From: Eubacteriales bacterium
Lineage (GTDB): Bacteria > Bacillota > Clostridia > Oscillospirales > CAG-272
Reading direction: 5' to 3'
DNA length: 60,006 nt
Assembly: GCA_045644125.1 (NCBI GenBank)
Contig: JAZRGJ010000224.1
Coordinates: 1-60,006 of the forward strand
Positions 9,055 to 17,867 of the stretch are shown here, in pieces. Under the pieces are notes generated by a model that saw only the letters and a list, made by a program, of their open reading frames with translations, was not told where the DNA came from and made no database searches. The translations under genes and the position numbers were made by a program. The first letter of the stretch is position 1. Each line of letters opens with the position of its first letter.

Positions 9055-12000
9055 ATGTATTTTAAGAAGAGTCGGGAAGCGGAGCTTTCCGAGAGCCTTT
9101 TTAAGAATCCGACGTCGGAATACCGCGCTGCGCCGTTTTGGGCGTGGAATTCACGCCTTGACGAAGAAGAGCTTGAAAGGCAGATAAAGATATTTAAGGA
9201 AATGGGCTTCGGCGGCTTCAATATGCACGTAAGGCAGGGGCTTGAGGACGAATATCTCGGAGAAAAATATCTTTCGGCGATAAAGTTTTGCGCAGAGCGC
9301 GCCGAGGCGGAAGATATGACGGCTTGGGCTTACGACGAGGACAGGTGGCCCTCGGGAGTTGCGGGCGGCAAGGTTACGAAGAGGCCAAAATTCCGCCAGA
9401 AATTTCTCAATATGTGTTTTTCCGATAAAAAAGAGCTTGCGAAAACCAAGGACGAAGCAAAAGAAACGGGCAAGCCGTTTTTCCTCGCCGCCTTTTCGCT
9501 CGATATAGACGAGCGAGGCTTTATGCGCTCCTATAAGAGAGTCGCGCGTGAAGAAAATTGCGAAAACAAGAGATATTTTTTCCTTGAACAAAGGGCGGGC
9601 GGCGAGCCTCGCTACAACGGCGAGTCATACGTTGACACGCTTAACAAGGAGGCTATCGACGAATTTATCCGCATAACTCACGAAAAGCTCAAAGAAGCCG
9701 TCGGGGATAAGTTCGGTAAGTCCATTCCCTCGATTTTCACCGACGAGCCGCAGCTTTACGGCACTCTTGCGCCGAAGTCGTCATTCCACAAAAACGACGT
9801 CGGCTACAGCTTCACCTCGGATTTTGACGAAAGCTTTAAGAAAAAATACGGCTACGATATTCTCGATTTTCTTCCCGAGCTCTTTTACGCAAGTGAGGAC
9901 ACGCGCGCATATAAAACCCGCTACGATTATTACACGCACCTCTCCGACAGATTTTCGGAGGCTTATCTTGACAATATCGGCAAGTGGTGCGAGGAAAACG
10001 GCATCGCTCTTTCGGGGCACGTTATCGGCGAAGACGCGCTTTGGGAAACCATGCTCGACAACGGCGACAATATGCGAGCCTACCGAGAAATGCAATATCC
10101 CGGAATCGACATTTTATGCGACGACGTCGTTTTCAACACTCCGATACAGTGCCGAAGCGTCGTAAGGCAATACGGCAAGGACGCTATGCTTTCCGAAATG
10201 TACGGAGTTACGGGCTGGGATTTCGATTTCAGGGGGCACAAATATCAAGGCGACTGGCAAGCGGCGCTCGGAGTTAACGTGCGAGTGCCTCATCTTGCTT
10301 GGCTCACGATGGCGGGCGAGGGCAAGCGTGACTACCCCGCTCCAATCTCTTATCAATCGCCGTGGTATCTTGAATATAAATACCTCGAGGACCATTACGC
10401 AAGGATTAACACCGTCATGACACGTGGCGCGCCCGACGTTAAAATCGCCGTGGTTTACCCCATTGACACTTACAAAATGATTTACGCTTCCCTTGCGGAA
10501 ACCAAGAATATACGTGACGAGATTGAGAATAATTACAGAGAAACTACGGAGTGGCTTCTCTCGGCGGGCTACGACTTCGACTTTTTGTCGGAAAGCCTTT
10601 TACCGAGCCTTTGCGAGCGTGGGGGAAATCCCTTGAAGCTTGGCAAAATGAGCTACACGACCGTCGTTATTTCCGACTGTATGACGCTCCGCCCGAACAC
10701 GATTAAAGTTATTGAGGAATTCAAAAAGCAGGGCGGCAAGGTGATAGTTATGGGCCGCGCGCCCGAGTTTTCCGACGCTTTGCCGAGCGAGGATGCGAAA
10801 AAAATCGCCGTGGGCGCCGCCGTTATCCCTCACTCGAAGCACGAGCTTCTCACGGCGCTCTCGGAAGAGCCGATAGCCGATATAAGACTCGATTCAGGCG
10901 AAAAGTGCGAGAGCCTTATCGCAAGCTCACGCATTGACGGAAAATATAAGTGGCTTTTCTTTGCGCATATGAAAAAGCCTCTTCTTATGCACATATCCAC
11001 CAAGGAAAGCCTTAAAATCAAGGTAAAAGGTGGGTACCGTGTTAAATTATTCGACACTATTTCGGGAGAAATACGCCCGATTGAATACAGAAATTTCGGC
11101 GATTACACCGTAATTTCGGCAACGCTTTACGACCTTGACACCCTCCTTTTAAGGCTTGAGGAAGAAGAGGGCGAAAGCTCCTACGCTCCCCCGATAAGCG
11201 AGGGCGAGTGGCAAAAGCTTGACTTTAAATTCGACGGAAAATACACGCTTTCCGACAAAAACGTACTTCTTCTTGATATGGCTCGCTATTCTATCGACGG
11301 CGGCGAGCTATCACGGCGTGAGGAGATAATGAGAATAGACGCAAAAGCGCGCGGAGCGCTCGGACTTCCCTTGCGCAAATTCAAGGTAATTCAGCCGTGG
11401 GCAGCGCCGAAGCTTGAAAACACGCATAGGGTGAAGCTCGTTTACAGCTTTACGTCGGAATGTGAAATTTCGGGCGCAAGTCTTGCGACAGAGCATCCCG
11501 AAACGCTTACGGTAACGCTTAACGGCGAGCCGATTTCAAACTCGGCGCAGGGCTTCTACGTTGACAGAGAAATAAAAACACTCCCTCTTCCCACGATAAA
11601 ATCGGGCGAAAACACGCTCACGATTGAAATGCCTTTCGGAGAGAGGGTTGACCTTGAAGCATCTTATCTTATAGGTGATTTCGGCACTCGCATTTCGGGA
11701 GATGCGGCAATCTTGACGAAAAAGCCGGAAAAGCTCTCATTCGGTGACGTTGCGCAGCAGGGATTTTCGTTCTACGGCGGCAATATTTGCTACACGGGTG
11801 AGGTCTTTCTTGAAAACGACGGTGATATTGAAATCACCCTTCCCCACTTCAAAGGCGCTATCGTCAGCGTGAAAATCGACGGCGAGCCAATCGGAAAAAT
11901 CGCATTTCAGCCGTATAAGCTTATAAAAAAAGCGCTCCAAAAAGGCAGGCACGAAATAAGCTTCACCCTTTTCGGAAACCGCTACAACACCTTTTCGGCG

Positions 12001-12159
12001 CTTCATAATCTTAACGCCGACAAGAAGCGAATTTATATCGGCCCTGACTTCTGGCGAAGCGAGGGCGAGGCATTCAGCTATGAATATCGCACGAGAATGC
12101 TCGGAATTTTGTCTATGCCCGAGCTCGCCGTGAAATTTGCCAATACCAAAAACAAATAA
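9055..12159 (+). CDS. Large cytoplasmic glycoside-hydrolase-like protein (possibly GH106-like/jelly-roll glycosidase; family uncertain)
   Basis: 1034 aa with no signal peptide. The N terminus (EYRAAPFWAWNSRLDEEELERQIKIFKEMGFGGFNMHVR) resembles the FWxWN...GxGGF opening of large TIM-barrel glycosidases. GGAGG RBS before the ATG at 9055. Confidence 0.45.
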   Translation: MYFKKSREAELSESLFKNPTSEYRAAPFWAWNSRLDEEELERQIKIFKEMGFGGFNMHVRQGLEDEYLGEKYLSAIKFCAERAEAEDMTAWAYDEDRWPSGVAGGKVTKRPKFRQKFLNMCFSDKKELAKTKDEAKETGKPFFLAAFSLDIDERGFMRSYKRVAREENCENKRYFFLEQRAGGEPRYNGESYVDTLNKEAIDEFIRITHEKLKEAVGDKFGKSIPSIFTDEPQLYGTLAPKSSFHKNDVGYSFTSDFDESFKKKYGYDILDFLPELFYASEDTRAYKTRYDYYTHLSDRFSEAYLDNIGKWCEENGIALSGHVIGEDALWETMLDNGDNMRAYREMQYPGIDILCDDVVFNTPIQCRSVVRQYGKDAMLSEMYGVTGWDFDFRGHKYQGDWQAALGVNVRVPHLAWLTMAGEGKRDYPAPISYQSPWYLEYKYLEDHYARINTVMTRGAPDVKIAVVYPIDTYKMIYASLAETKNIRDEIENNYRETTEWLLSAGYDFDFLSESLLPSLCERGGNPLKLGKMSYTTVVISDCMTLRPNTIKVIEEFKKQGGKVIVMGRAPEFSDALPSEDAKKIAVGAAVIPHSKHELLTALSEEPIADIRLDSGEKCESLIASSRIDGKYKWLFFAHMKKPLLMHISTKESLKIKVKGGYRVKLFDTISGEIRPIEYRNFGDYTVISATLYDLDTLLLRLEEEEGESSYAPPISEGEWQKLDFKFDGKYTLSDKNVLLLDMARYSIDGGELSRREEIMRIDAKARGALGLPLRKFKVIQPWAAPKLENTHRVKLVYSFTSECEISGASLATEHPETLTVTLNGEPISNSAQGFYVDREIKTLPLPTIKSGENTLTIEMPFGERVDLEASYLIGDFGTRISGDAAILTKKPEKLSFGDVAQQGFSFYGGNICYTGEVFLENDGDIEITLPHFKGAIVSVKIDGEPIGKIAFQPYKLIKKALQKGRHEISFTLFGNRYNTFSALHNLNADKKRIYIGPDFWRSEGEAFSYEYRTRMLGILSMPELAVKFANTKNK

Positions 12160-12197
12160 TTTCTTTAGGCGGAGCCGCAAGACATACTTATCAAAAT

Positions 12198-12230
12198 CAA
12201 AAAGGACGAGAATAATCTCGTCCTTTTTTC
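12198..12230. terminator. Bidirectional intrinsic terminator between convergent genes
   Basis: AAAGGACGAG-AATAAT-CTCGTCCTTT hairpin (12201-12226), flanked by an A-run upstream and TTTTC downstream. Confidence 0.8.
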
Positions 12231-12259
12231 ACGCTACCCCGTTTACAAGGTATAGTAGT

Positions 12260-12463
12260 TTATTTTTTATGATACTCAACGAACAAGTCGTTAGGAGTGC
12301 ACTCGAGAATATCACAAATCGCTTTTAGATTTTCAAATTTTATAGAAGTGGTTTCATTCTCAAGAATTTTTTTGAAATTTTGATAACTCAAGCCAAGCTG
12401 AATGTAAAGCCAATAGCGAGTTTTGCCTTTTTCCTTTAAAATTTCATCAATTCGAAAGCGCAT
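12260..12463 (-). CDS. XRE/Cro-CI family helix-turn-helix protein (67 aa)
   Basis: GKTRYWLYIQLGLSYQNFKKILENETTSIKFENLKAICDILECTPNDLF is the typical short HTH_3/HTH_26 layout. It is the last gene of the long minus-strand operon. Confidence 0.7.
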   Translation of the reverse strand: MRFRIDEILKEKGKTRYWLYIQLGLSYQNFKKILENETTSIKFENLKAICDILECTPNDLFVEYHKK

Positions 12464-12474
12464 AACGACCTCTT

Positions 12475-14097
12475 TTATTCCAGCTCCAAGCTTCCGTCGC
12501 CCGTGATTTCGGTGTTTTCAAGGAGCTTCGTTCTTTTGAGCTTGATTTTGTAGCCGTACTTTTCGTTGTTGATAACTTTAATGAATTTCGGCGGCGCGTA
12601 GGGGCAAACGTTGGGTTTTCCGTCCTCGCCTATAGCGCCGAGGGTGGTTATGGCTTCGTCCTCAACCGAGCGATAGAAATAGGGAGAGTCGGGGTTATTT
12701 TCAAATTTCTGGAAGAAGTCAACCTCACGCGCGCCCTCGAAATTAAGGTTGTCTATGACGAAGTTCGGGAAGTGAATCTGATAGCCGAAATTCCAGTTTG
12801 GAGTTCTTATGAAAGTAAGCGACTGAAGGCAGCCGTCTTTGCGAATATCGACGAAGTGACAGTCCTTTATCGTGACTGTTCCCTCCCAGGTTGAGCCGTA
12901 GTCCTCACGGAGCTGAATGGGGCTTACGTAGTTGCGGAAGTAAATTTTCGTGTTTTCCATAAGAAATTCACCGCCGCCCGTCAGACGAATGACAGCCATA
13001 TCGCAATTCTGAACTTTCGCATTCCAAACGCCCTGGTGAGCGTCAAAACGGGTTAAGGCGCAGGAGTCGTAGACAAGATTCTTACAATAGCTTGAGCCCA
13101 TAACGCCCCAGCACTTATAGGTGTTCGGGAACTGATAGTGGTCGGGAAACTCGTCTGTGAAGAAGTCTTTCTGTCTGCAGTCCTTGAAAGTGATTCTGTT
13201 GGCGTAAGTTACGTCAATATCGTACGTTCCTTGGAGATAGTGAATTCTTGACATAAAGGCAACGTTTTTGATTAAAACGTTCGAGGTATACTGAACGGCA
13301 AGCACGCCGTTATACGAGTGGCCGATAAAGGGAACTCCGTCAACAAGCTCGCCCTTTTCCTTTTGCCCCGTGATTACGTGGTCAACGTCAAGGAGCGTGG
13401 TATTAGGTCTTGTAATTCTGATGCCTCGGTTTATGGAGTGATATTGGTCAACGAGGTTAACCTCGCTTGAGCGTGAGATTATGACGGCGTTTTTAACGCT
13501 TATCGGGCGCACGTCAAGGCGGTACGCTATAACGTCCGTCAGCTTTTCAAAGGAGAACATAAGGGGCGTGTCGGGAGAAACGTTTCCCTCTTCGTCAACC
13601 TCAATTATTTCCCTTTGGGGCGTGCCGGAGTTGCGATTTCCGCCGAAGCGGATAAATTTGCGCTCGTCGTCGTTTTTTAAGTAAAGAAGCGCAGGGAAGC
13701 CTAGCCCCGTGTCAATTTTTTTAAGGGTTTCCTTGTTAAGTCCGCCCTCAGCATTTATCTTATCAAGCTTTTCTTTTGAAAGATGCTCGGCGGGATAATC
13801 GCTCTCAACGGTGAAAATATAGACGTCGTGATTTCCGCGGGGTTCGGGGCGCCACGCTATTTCTCTATCGTCAAAAATGAAGATACAGCCACGCCAGTCG
13901 GTGTCGGTTTTTACAGAAATCGTTTCCGCAATTCCGTCAACTTCCATATTGCCGATAAGATAGCATTTTCCTGCCTCGGCAACTACGGGAAGTCCCATTT
14001 CGTTTGCGTATTCGTGCGCTTTTTTTATTGCAAAAAAGTCGTTCGTAACTCCGTCGCCAACAGCGCCGAAGTCCTTATATCTTACAAAGCTTTGCAT
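12475..14097 (-). CDS. Beta-helix (pectin-lyase-fold) protein, paralog A
   Basis: ATG at 14097 (GAGG RBS 9 nt upstream); the track start at 14112 is a TTG. N terminus YKDFGAVGDGVTNDFFAIKKAHEYA. Shares the CWGVMGSSYCKN, LTRFDAHQGV, IRLTGGGE, LQLREDYGSTWEGTVT, NWNFGY..FPNFVIDN and PYAPPKFIKVINN blocks with five other ORFs. Confidence 0.7.
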   Translation of the reverse strand: MQSFVRYKDFGAVGDGVTNDFFAIKKAHEYANEMGLPVVAEAGKCYLIGNMEVDGIAETISVKTDTDWRGCIFIFDDREIAWRPEPRGNHDVYIFTVESDYPAEHLSKEKLDKINAEGGLNKETLKKIDTGLGFPALLYLKNDDERKFIRFGGNRNSGTPQREIIEVDEEGNVSPDTPLMFSFEKLTDVIAYRLDVRPISVKNAVIISRSSEVNLVDQYHSINRGIRITRPNTTLLDVDHVITGQKEKGELVDGVPFIGHSYNGVLAVQYTSNVLIKNVAFMSRIHYLQGTYDIDVTYANRITFKDCRQKDFFTDEFPDHYQFPNTYKCWGVMGSSYCKNLVYDSCALTRFDAHQGVWNAKVQNCDMAVIRLTGGGEFLMENTKIYFRNYVSPIQLREDYGSTWEGTVTIKDCHFVDIRKDGCLQSLTFIRTPNWNFGYQIHFPNFVIDNLNFEGAREVDFFQKFENNPDSPYFYRSVEDEAITTLGAIGEDGKPNVCPYAPPKFIKVINNEKYGYKIKLKRTKLLENTEITGDGSLELE

Positions 14098-14108
14098 AAG
14101 CGTTAACC

Positions 14109-15752
14109 TCAAATTTCTGTGTACTTCGGATCTCCTTCGACCTTCTTCACACCCTCGATTTTCGTATCCTTGAAGAAAGGTACGTCGGGAATGGTAAGCT
14201 CGTAGCCGTTCTTTTCGTTATTGATAACCTTAATAAATTCCGGCGGCGTATAGGGGTTTACGTTAGGCTCGCCGTACGGATCGGGAGCGCCCGCTATCGC
14301 AAGGTTTTCGTCGTAGATAGAGCGGTAATATAAGCCGCGCGCGTTTTTCTTCATTGAAAAATCCGAGAACAAGTTTACAAGAGGCTTTGCGTTTTGAATT
14401 TTGAGGTTATCTATAACTACATTCGGGAAGTAGGTCACGTAGCCGTAATCGTGGTTTGCGCTTCTCGCAACGATAACGCAGGTAAGAGCGCTGTTGCCTT
14501 TAACGTCAACTATTTCGCAGTCCTTAAGCGTGAGAGTTCCGCGCCAAGTACAGCCGTAATCCTCACGGAGCTGGAGCGTATTTCCTATATCCCAGTTGTA
14601 AATTTTCGTGTTTTCAATCAGCATATCTCCGCCGCCCGTTAAGCGAATTGAACCTATCTCACAGTTTCTTATAATTCCGTTATATACGCCCTGGTGAGCA
14701 TCGAAGCGCGTTAGTTTGCAGTTGTCGTAAATCATATTTTTGCAGGAATTCGTTCCCGCAACGCCCCACCACTGGCCAAACGAGGGCATAAGGGGATATT
14801 CGGGATCGCCCTTGAAGAAATTGTACTGGTCGCAATTTTTGAATACTATCTTATTCGACATCCAGCCGCCGATTTCATAAGTTCCCTGAAGATAATGGGC
14901 GCGGGACTGGAAGGTGCAATCCTCAAACGTAACGTTATGCGTTAAGTGCATCTGGAAAAACGAGTTATAAGAGTGGCCGATAAAGGGTACGCCGTCAACC
15001 AGTGTTCCCTTTAAAATCTCGCCCGTGATTTTATGTCTTACGTTTGTGACGCAGACGTTAGGGCGGCAAAATCTTATTCCGCGGTTTATCGAATAATATT
15101 TATCCACTATATTTACTTGACTTGCGCGCGAGATAATATTCCAGTTTTTAATCGTGAGCGTAGGCAAGTCGATTCTGTACGCGGTAATGCCCGTTACGGT
15201 TTCAAAATCGTAAAGAACGTGAGTTTTCTCGTCGATATTTCCGTCCTTATCAACTACGATAAGCTCCTTTTGACTAGAGCCGGAATTTGCGTTGTAGCCG
15301 TAGCGCTTATAGTGCATCGTATTTGAGTTCGTTACGACGAGCATTGCGGGGAAGCCCAGCCCCGTGTCAATTTTTTGGGTAACGTTTCTGATAATTCCGC
15401 CCGCCGCGTTTATCGCGGCGATATGCTCCTCGTCAACGCTTACGGGTTTATAGGGGCTTTTTACCTCGAAGGTTGCGGTGTTGTGCCTTTTATTCGCGCC
15501 CTCGCGCCAAGATATATCGCTGTCGTCAACGATTAGCGTTGCGCCGCAAAGGTCAACGTCGGTCATAACGGGAATTGATTCCGCAACTCCGTCAATCTCC
15601 GTGTCGGTGATAAGATAGGTTTTTCCGGGAGTGCCCTTTACCGAGAGCCCCGCTTCATTCGCCGCAATATGCGCGCGCTTCATTGCAAAAAAGTCGTTTG
15701 TAACACCGTCACCGACGGCGCCGAAATCCTCGTAAGTTATAAAATCTTTCAT
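14109..15752 (-). CDS. Beta-helix (pectin-lyase-fold) protein, paralog B
   Basis: MKDFITYEDFGAVGDGVTNDFF at the N terminus, plus the same conserved blocks (LTRFDAHQGVYNG, IRLTGGGD, LQLREDYGCTWRGTLT, NPYTPPEFIKVINNEKNGYE). Its start overlaps the upstream stop (ATGA). Confidence 0.7.
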   Translation of the reverse strand: MKDFITYEDFGAVGDGVTNDFFAMKRAHIAANEAGLSVKGTPGKTYLITDTEIDGVAESIPVMTDVDLCGATLIVDDSDISWREGANKRHNTATFEVKSPYKPVSVDEEHIAAINAAGGIIRNVTQKIDTGLGFPAMLVVTNSNTMHYKRYGYNANSGSSQKELIVVDKDGNIDEKTHVLYDFETVTGITAYRIDLPTLTIKNWNIISRASQVNIVDKYYSINRGIRFCRPNVCVTNVRHKITGEILKGTLVDGVPFIGHSYNSFFQMHLTHNVTFEDCTFQSRAHYLQGTYEIGGWMSNKIVFKNCDQYNFFKGDPEYPLMPSFGQWWGVAGTNSCKNMIYDNCKLTRFDAHQGVYNGIIRNCEIGSIRLTGGGDMLIENTKIYNWDIGNTLQLREDYGCTWRGTLTLKDCEIVDVKGNSALTCVIVARSANHDYGYVTYFPNVVIDNLKIQNAKPLVNLFSDFSMKKNARGLYYRSIYDENLAIAGAPDPYGEPNVNPYTPPEFIKVINNEKNGYELTIPDVPFFKDTKIEGVKKVEGDPKYTEI

Positions 15753-17755
15753 TTATTAAGTCCTCCGTTTGCAACTATGTTATAGTAAAGTTTGTTGAGT
15801 TGGCTTCTCTTAAGCGCATCTCGAAGCTCACGCTCGGGTGTGTGAGCGGCGTAGGACACGCCGTAGGTATATTCGAGCATTTTTTCGCCGAGCGCCTTTA
15901 TTTTTTCGTAAAGCTCGCCCGTGCCCGCGCGATTTTCGTAAAGCGAGTCGTAGTAATCGAGGCAAAGCGCCATAAATCCGAAGACGTCAGCGCCGTAAAC
16001 AAGGCCTCTTATATCCTCGGAGAGCCTGTCTATAATAGGCGGCGTTTTCAGCATTTTCGCAACGTCGTGCGGATTTTTTGCGGTTTTTAAGATATCGTCA
16101 CCTGCGGAGAAAATTGCATCCTCGCGAATGATTCTGAATTCACGAAGCGCTTCCCTATATTCCTTAGCCATGCCGTAGGCTATCTCGGCTGCTCGGTTGC
16201 CAAGGTGGCTCTCCGTCATAAATGGCGTGTCGGGGCGCATTCCGTCCCAAGTCATAAGCGGATCAAGAACCGAGGTGAACCAACTGCGAAGCGACTGGCA
16301 AGGAGCGCCGGCTTTCTCAATTTTTTCATAAAGAGTGGCTACCCGTGTCGCATATTTCTCGTAAAGGTCGGAGAAATATTTGCGCTTAAGCGCATCAACG
16401 TCGGCGTGTCTATCGCGCGAGAGATTATAAAGTATAAAGTCGTTAAGGCGTCTTACGCCAAGCTCCGTTACCGAAAAGTGCATATACCCCATCTCAACGG
16501 CGCCGTTTTCAATATAATAAGGAACGTCCCGTTTCATTCTTTCCGTGAAAAGAAGCGGTAAGTCCTCAAGCTTTGAAACGTTATAGTATTCGTTTATCGC
16601 TATTTTGAAGCCCGTTTTGCACCAAGCCTCAAAACACTCGCGGTAATATGAATTTCTTTCGCACGGCTCGAAGATATTATGCTCATAGCAGCGTAAAATC
16701 GGGCAGAACATTCCGTAGTCGCCCGCCTCGATTAAGTTTTCGGGTACGGGATTCAGGGGTGCGGGCATAGTGTCCGTTCCCTCATATATATCAAACGTCA
16801 AAAGAGGATTTCTCTTTATTCTTCCCTCTTTGTGCGCTCGGTTAAGCGCCCCTCTTACGTGAGAGAGGAAGCGAAGCGTTATATCACTGCCGTTTCCGAG
16901 CTTTCTGCAAGACTCGCAGGCGCAGGATTTGCCCCAGGTGTCAAAGCCCGCAAGCTCGAGTATATCGGCGTTTTTCCATTCGTTTCGGCACTTCTCTATA
17001 ACCGCCTCGGAAAGAACGTCTAAAAGCTCCACCGAGCTTACGCAGAACTGAACATCAAGTGCGTTATCGGCGGTTATCTCACCCTCGCGCTTGCCGTACC
17101 AATCGCGGTGCGCGTCAAGGTAAAGTTCGCCATTTTCGGTGCGCTTTTTGGGATCTATAATACCGCCTAAAATGTGGCCGCCCTTTTTAAGAGTTGCGCC
17201 GAGCTTACGAAGAAGCGGAACTGAATAGGCGTAGGGCGCTGAAAGCGACATTCTGTTTCTCGCCATCCAAGCGGCAATTTTGAATGACTCTTTCATAAGT
17301 CCCTCGAAGTGATATCCGCGTCCTGTTTGCATATCGTAGGAATATTCTTGCTTTTCCGGAAGAGTGATATTTTCAAGCATGGGTACGAATTCGTCTTCCG
17401 GTGAATACCAACGGAAGCCGTTTGCTTCAAGAAGCTCGTATACAGCGTAAAGCGCCGCTTTTCTCGATACGCCCCTTAAATAGACGCGTTTTCCCTCACC
17501 CGTTATTGAGAATTCTTCACCAAAGTCGCCCTCGGACTCGATAAAGACGCTAAGGTCGCCGTCCTCCTTATCGGAAACGAAAGCCTCTAGCCCTGCTTTA
17601 TTAAGCCAAGTCACAAGTTCCTCTGCGGCATAGGAAAGCGTGCATCTTTCGGCGCGGAAATCATCGGTATCAAAATCAATTTTTTCCTCCTCGTGCGCCC
17701 AGATGGTATACTTCATCTCGGCTTTTTCATACGGCAGCTTTACGGAAATTTTCAT
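15749..17755 (-). CDS. Cytoplasmic glycosidase-like TIM-barrel protein (DUF4838-like; uncertain)
   Basis: 668 aa with no signal peptide. The N-terminal alpha/beta module followed by a barrel-like region carrying the Cys cluster WGKSCACESCRKLG is reminiscent of DUF4838/GH20-like proteins. Confidence 0.4.
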   Translation of the reverse strand: MKISVKLPYEKAEMKYTIWAHEEEKIDFDTDDFRAERCTLSYAAEELVTWLNKAGLEAFVSDKEDGDLSVFIESEGDFGEEFSITGEGKRVYLRGVSRKAALYAVYELLEANGFRWYSPEDEFVPMLENITLPEKQEYSYDMQTGRGYHFEGLMKESFKIAAWMARNRMSLSAPYAYSVPLLRKLGATLKKGGHILGGIIDPKKRTENGELYLDAHRDWYGKREGEITADNALDVQFCVSSVELLDVLSEAVIEKCRNEWKNADILELAGFDTWGKSCACESCRKLGNGSDITLRFLSHVRGALNRAHKEGRIKRNPLLTFDIYEGTDTMPAPLNPVPENLIEAGDYGMFCPILRCYEHNIFEPCERNSYYRECFEAWCKTGFKIAINEYYNVSKLEDLPLLFTERMKRDVPYYIENGAVEMGYMHFSVTELGVRRLNDFILYNLSRDRHADVDALKRKYFSDLYEKYATRVATLYEKIEKAGAPCQSLRSWFTSVLDPLMTWDGMRPDTPFMTESHLGNRAAEIAYGMAKEYREALREFRIIREDAIFSAGDDILKTAKNPHDVAKMLKTPPIIDRLSEDIRGLVYGADVFGFMALCLDYYDSLYENRAGTGELYEKIKALGEKMLEYTYGVSYAAHTPERELRDALKRSQLNKLYYNIVANGGLNK

Positions 17756-17867
17756 TTTGTTCTCCTTGTCAAAAGCTCTTTTAAAGTTTGGTTTTCAAAA
17801 CTTTTAAAGCTTTTTATAAACTATAGTTTGCTTTTTAGTAAAAATATTGATTTAAGTTTGGTTATGC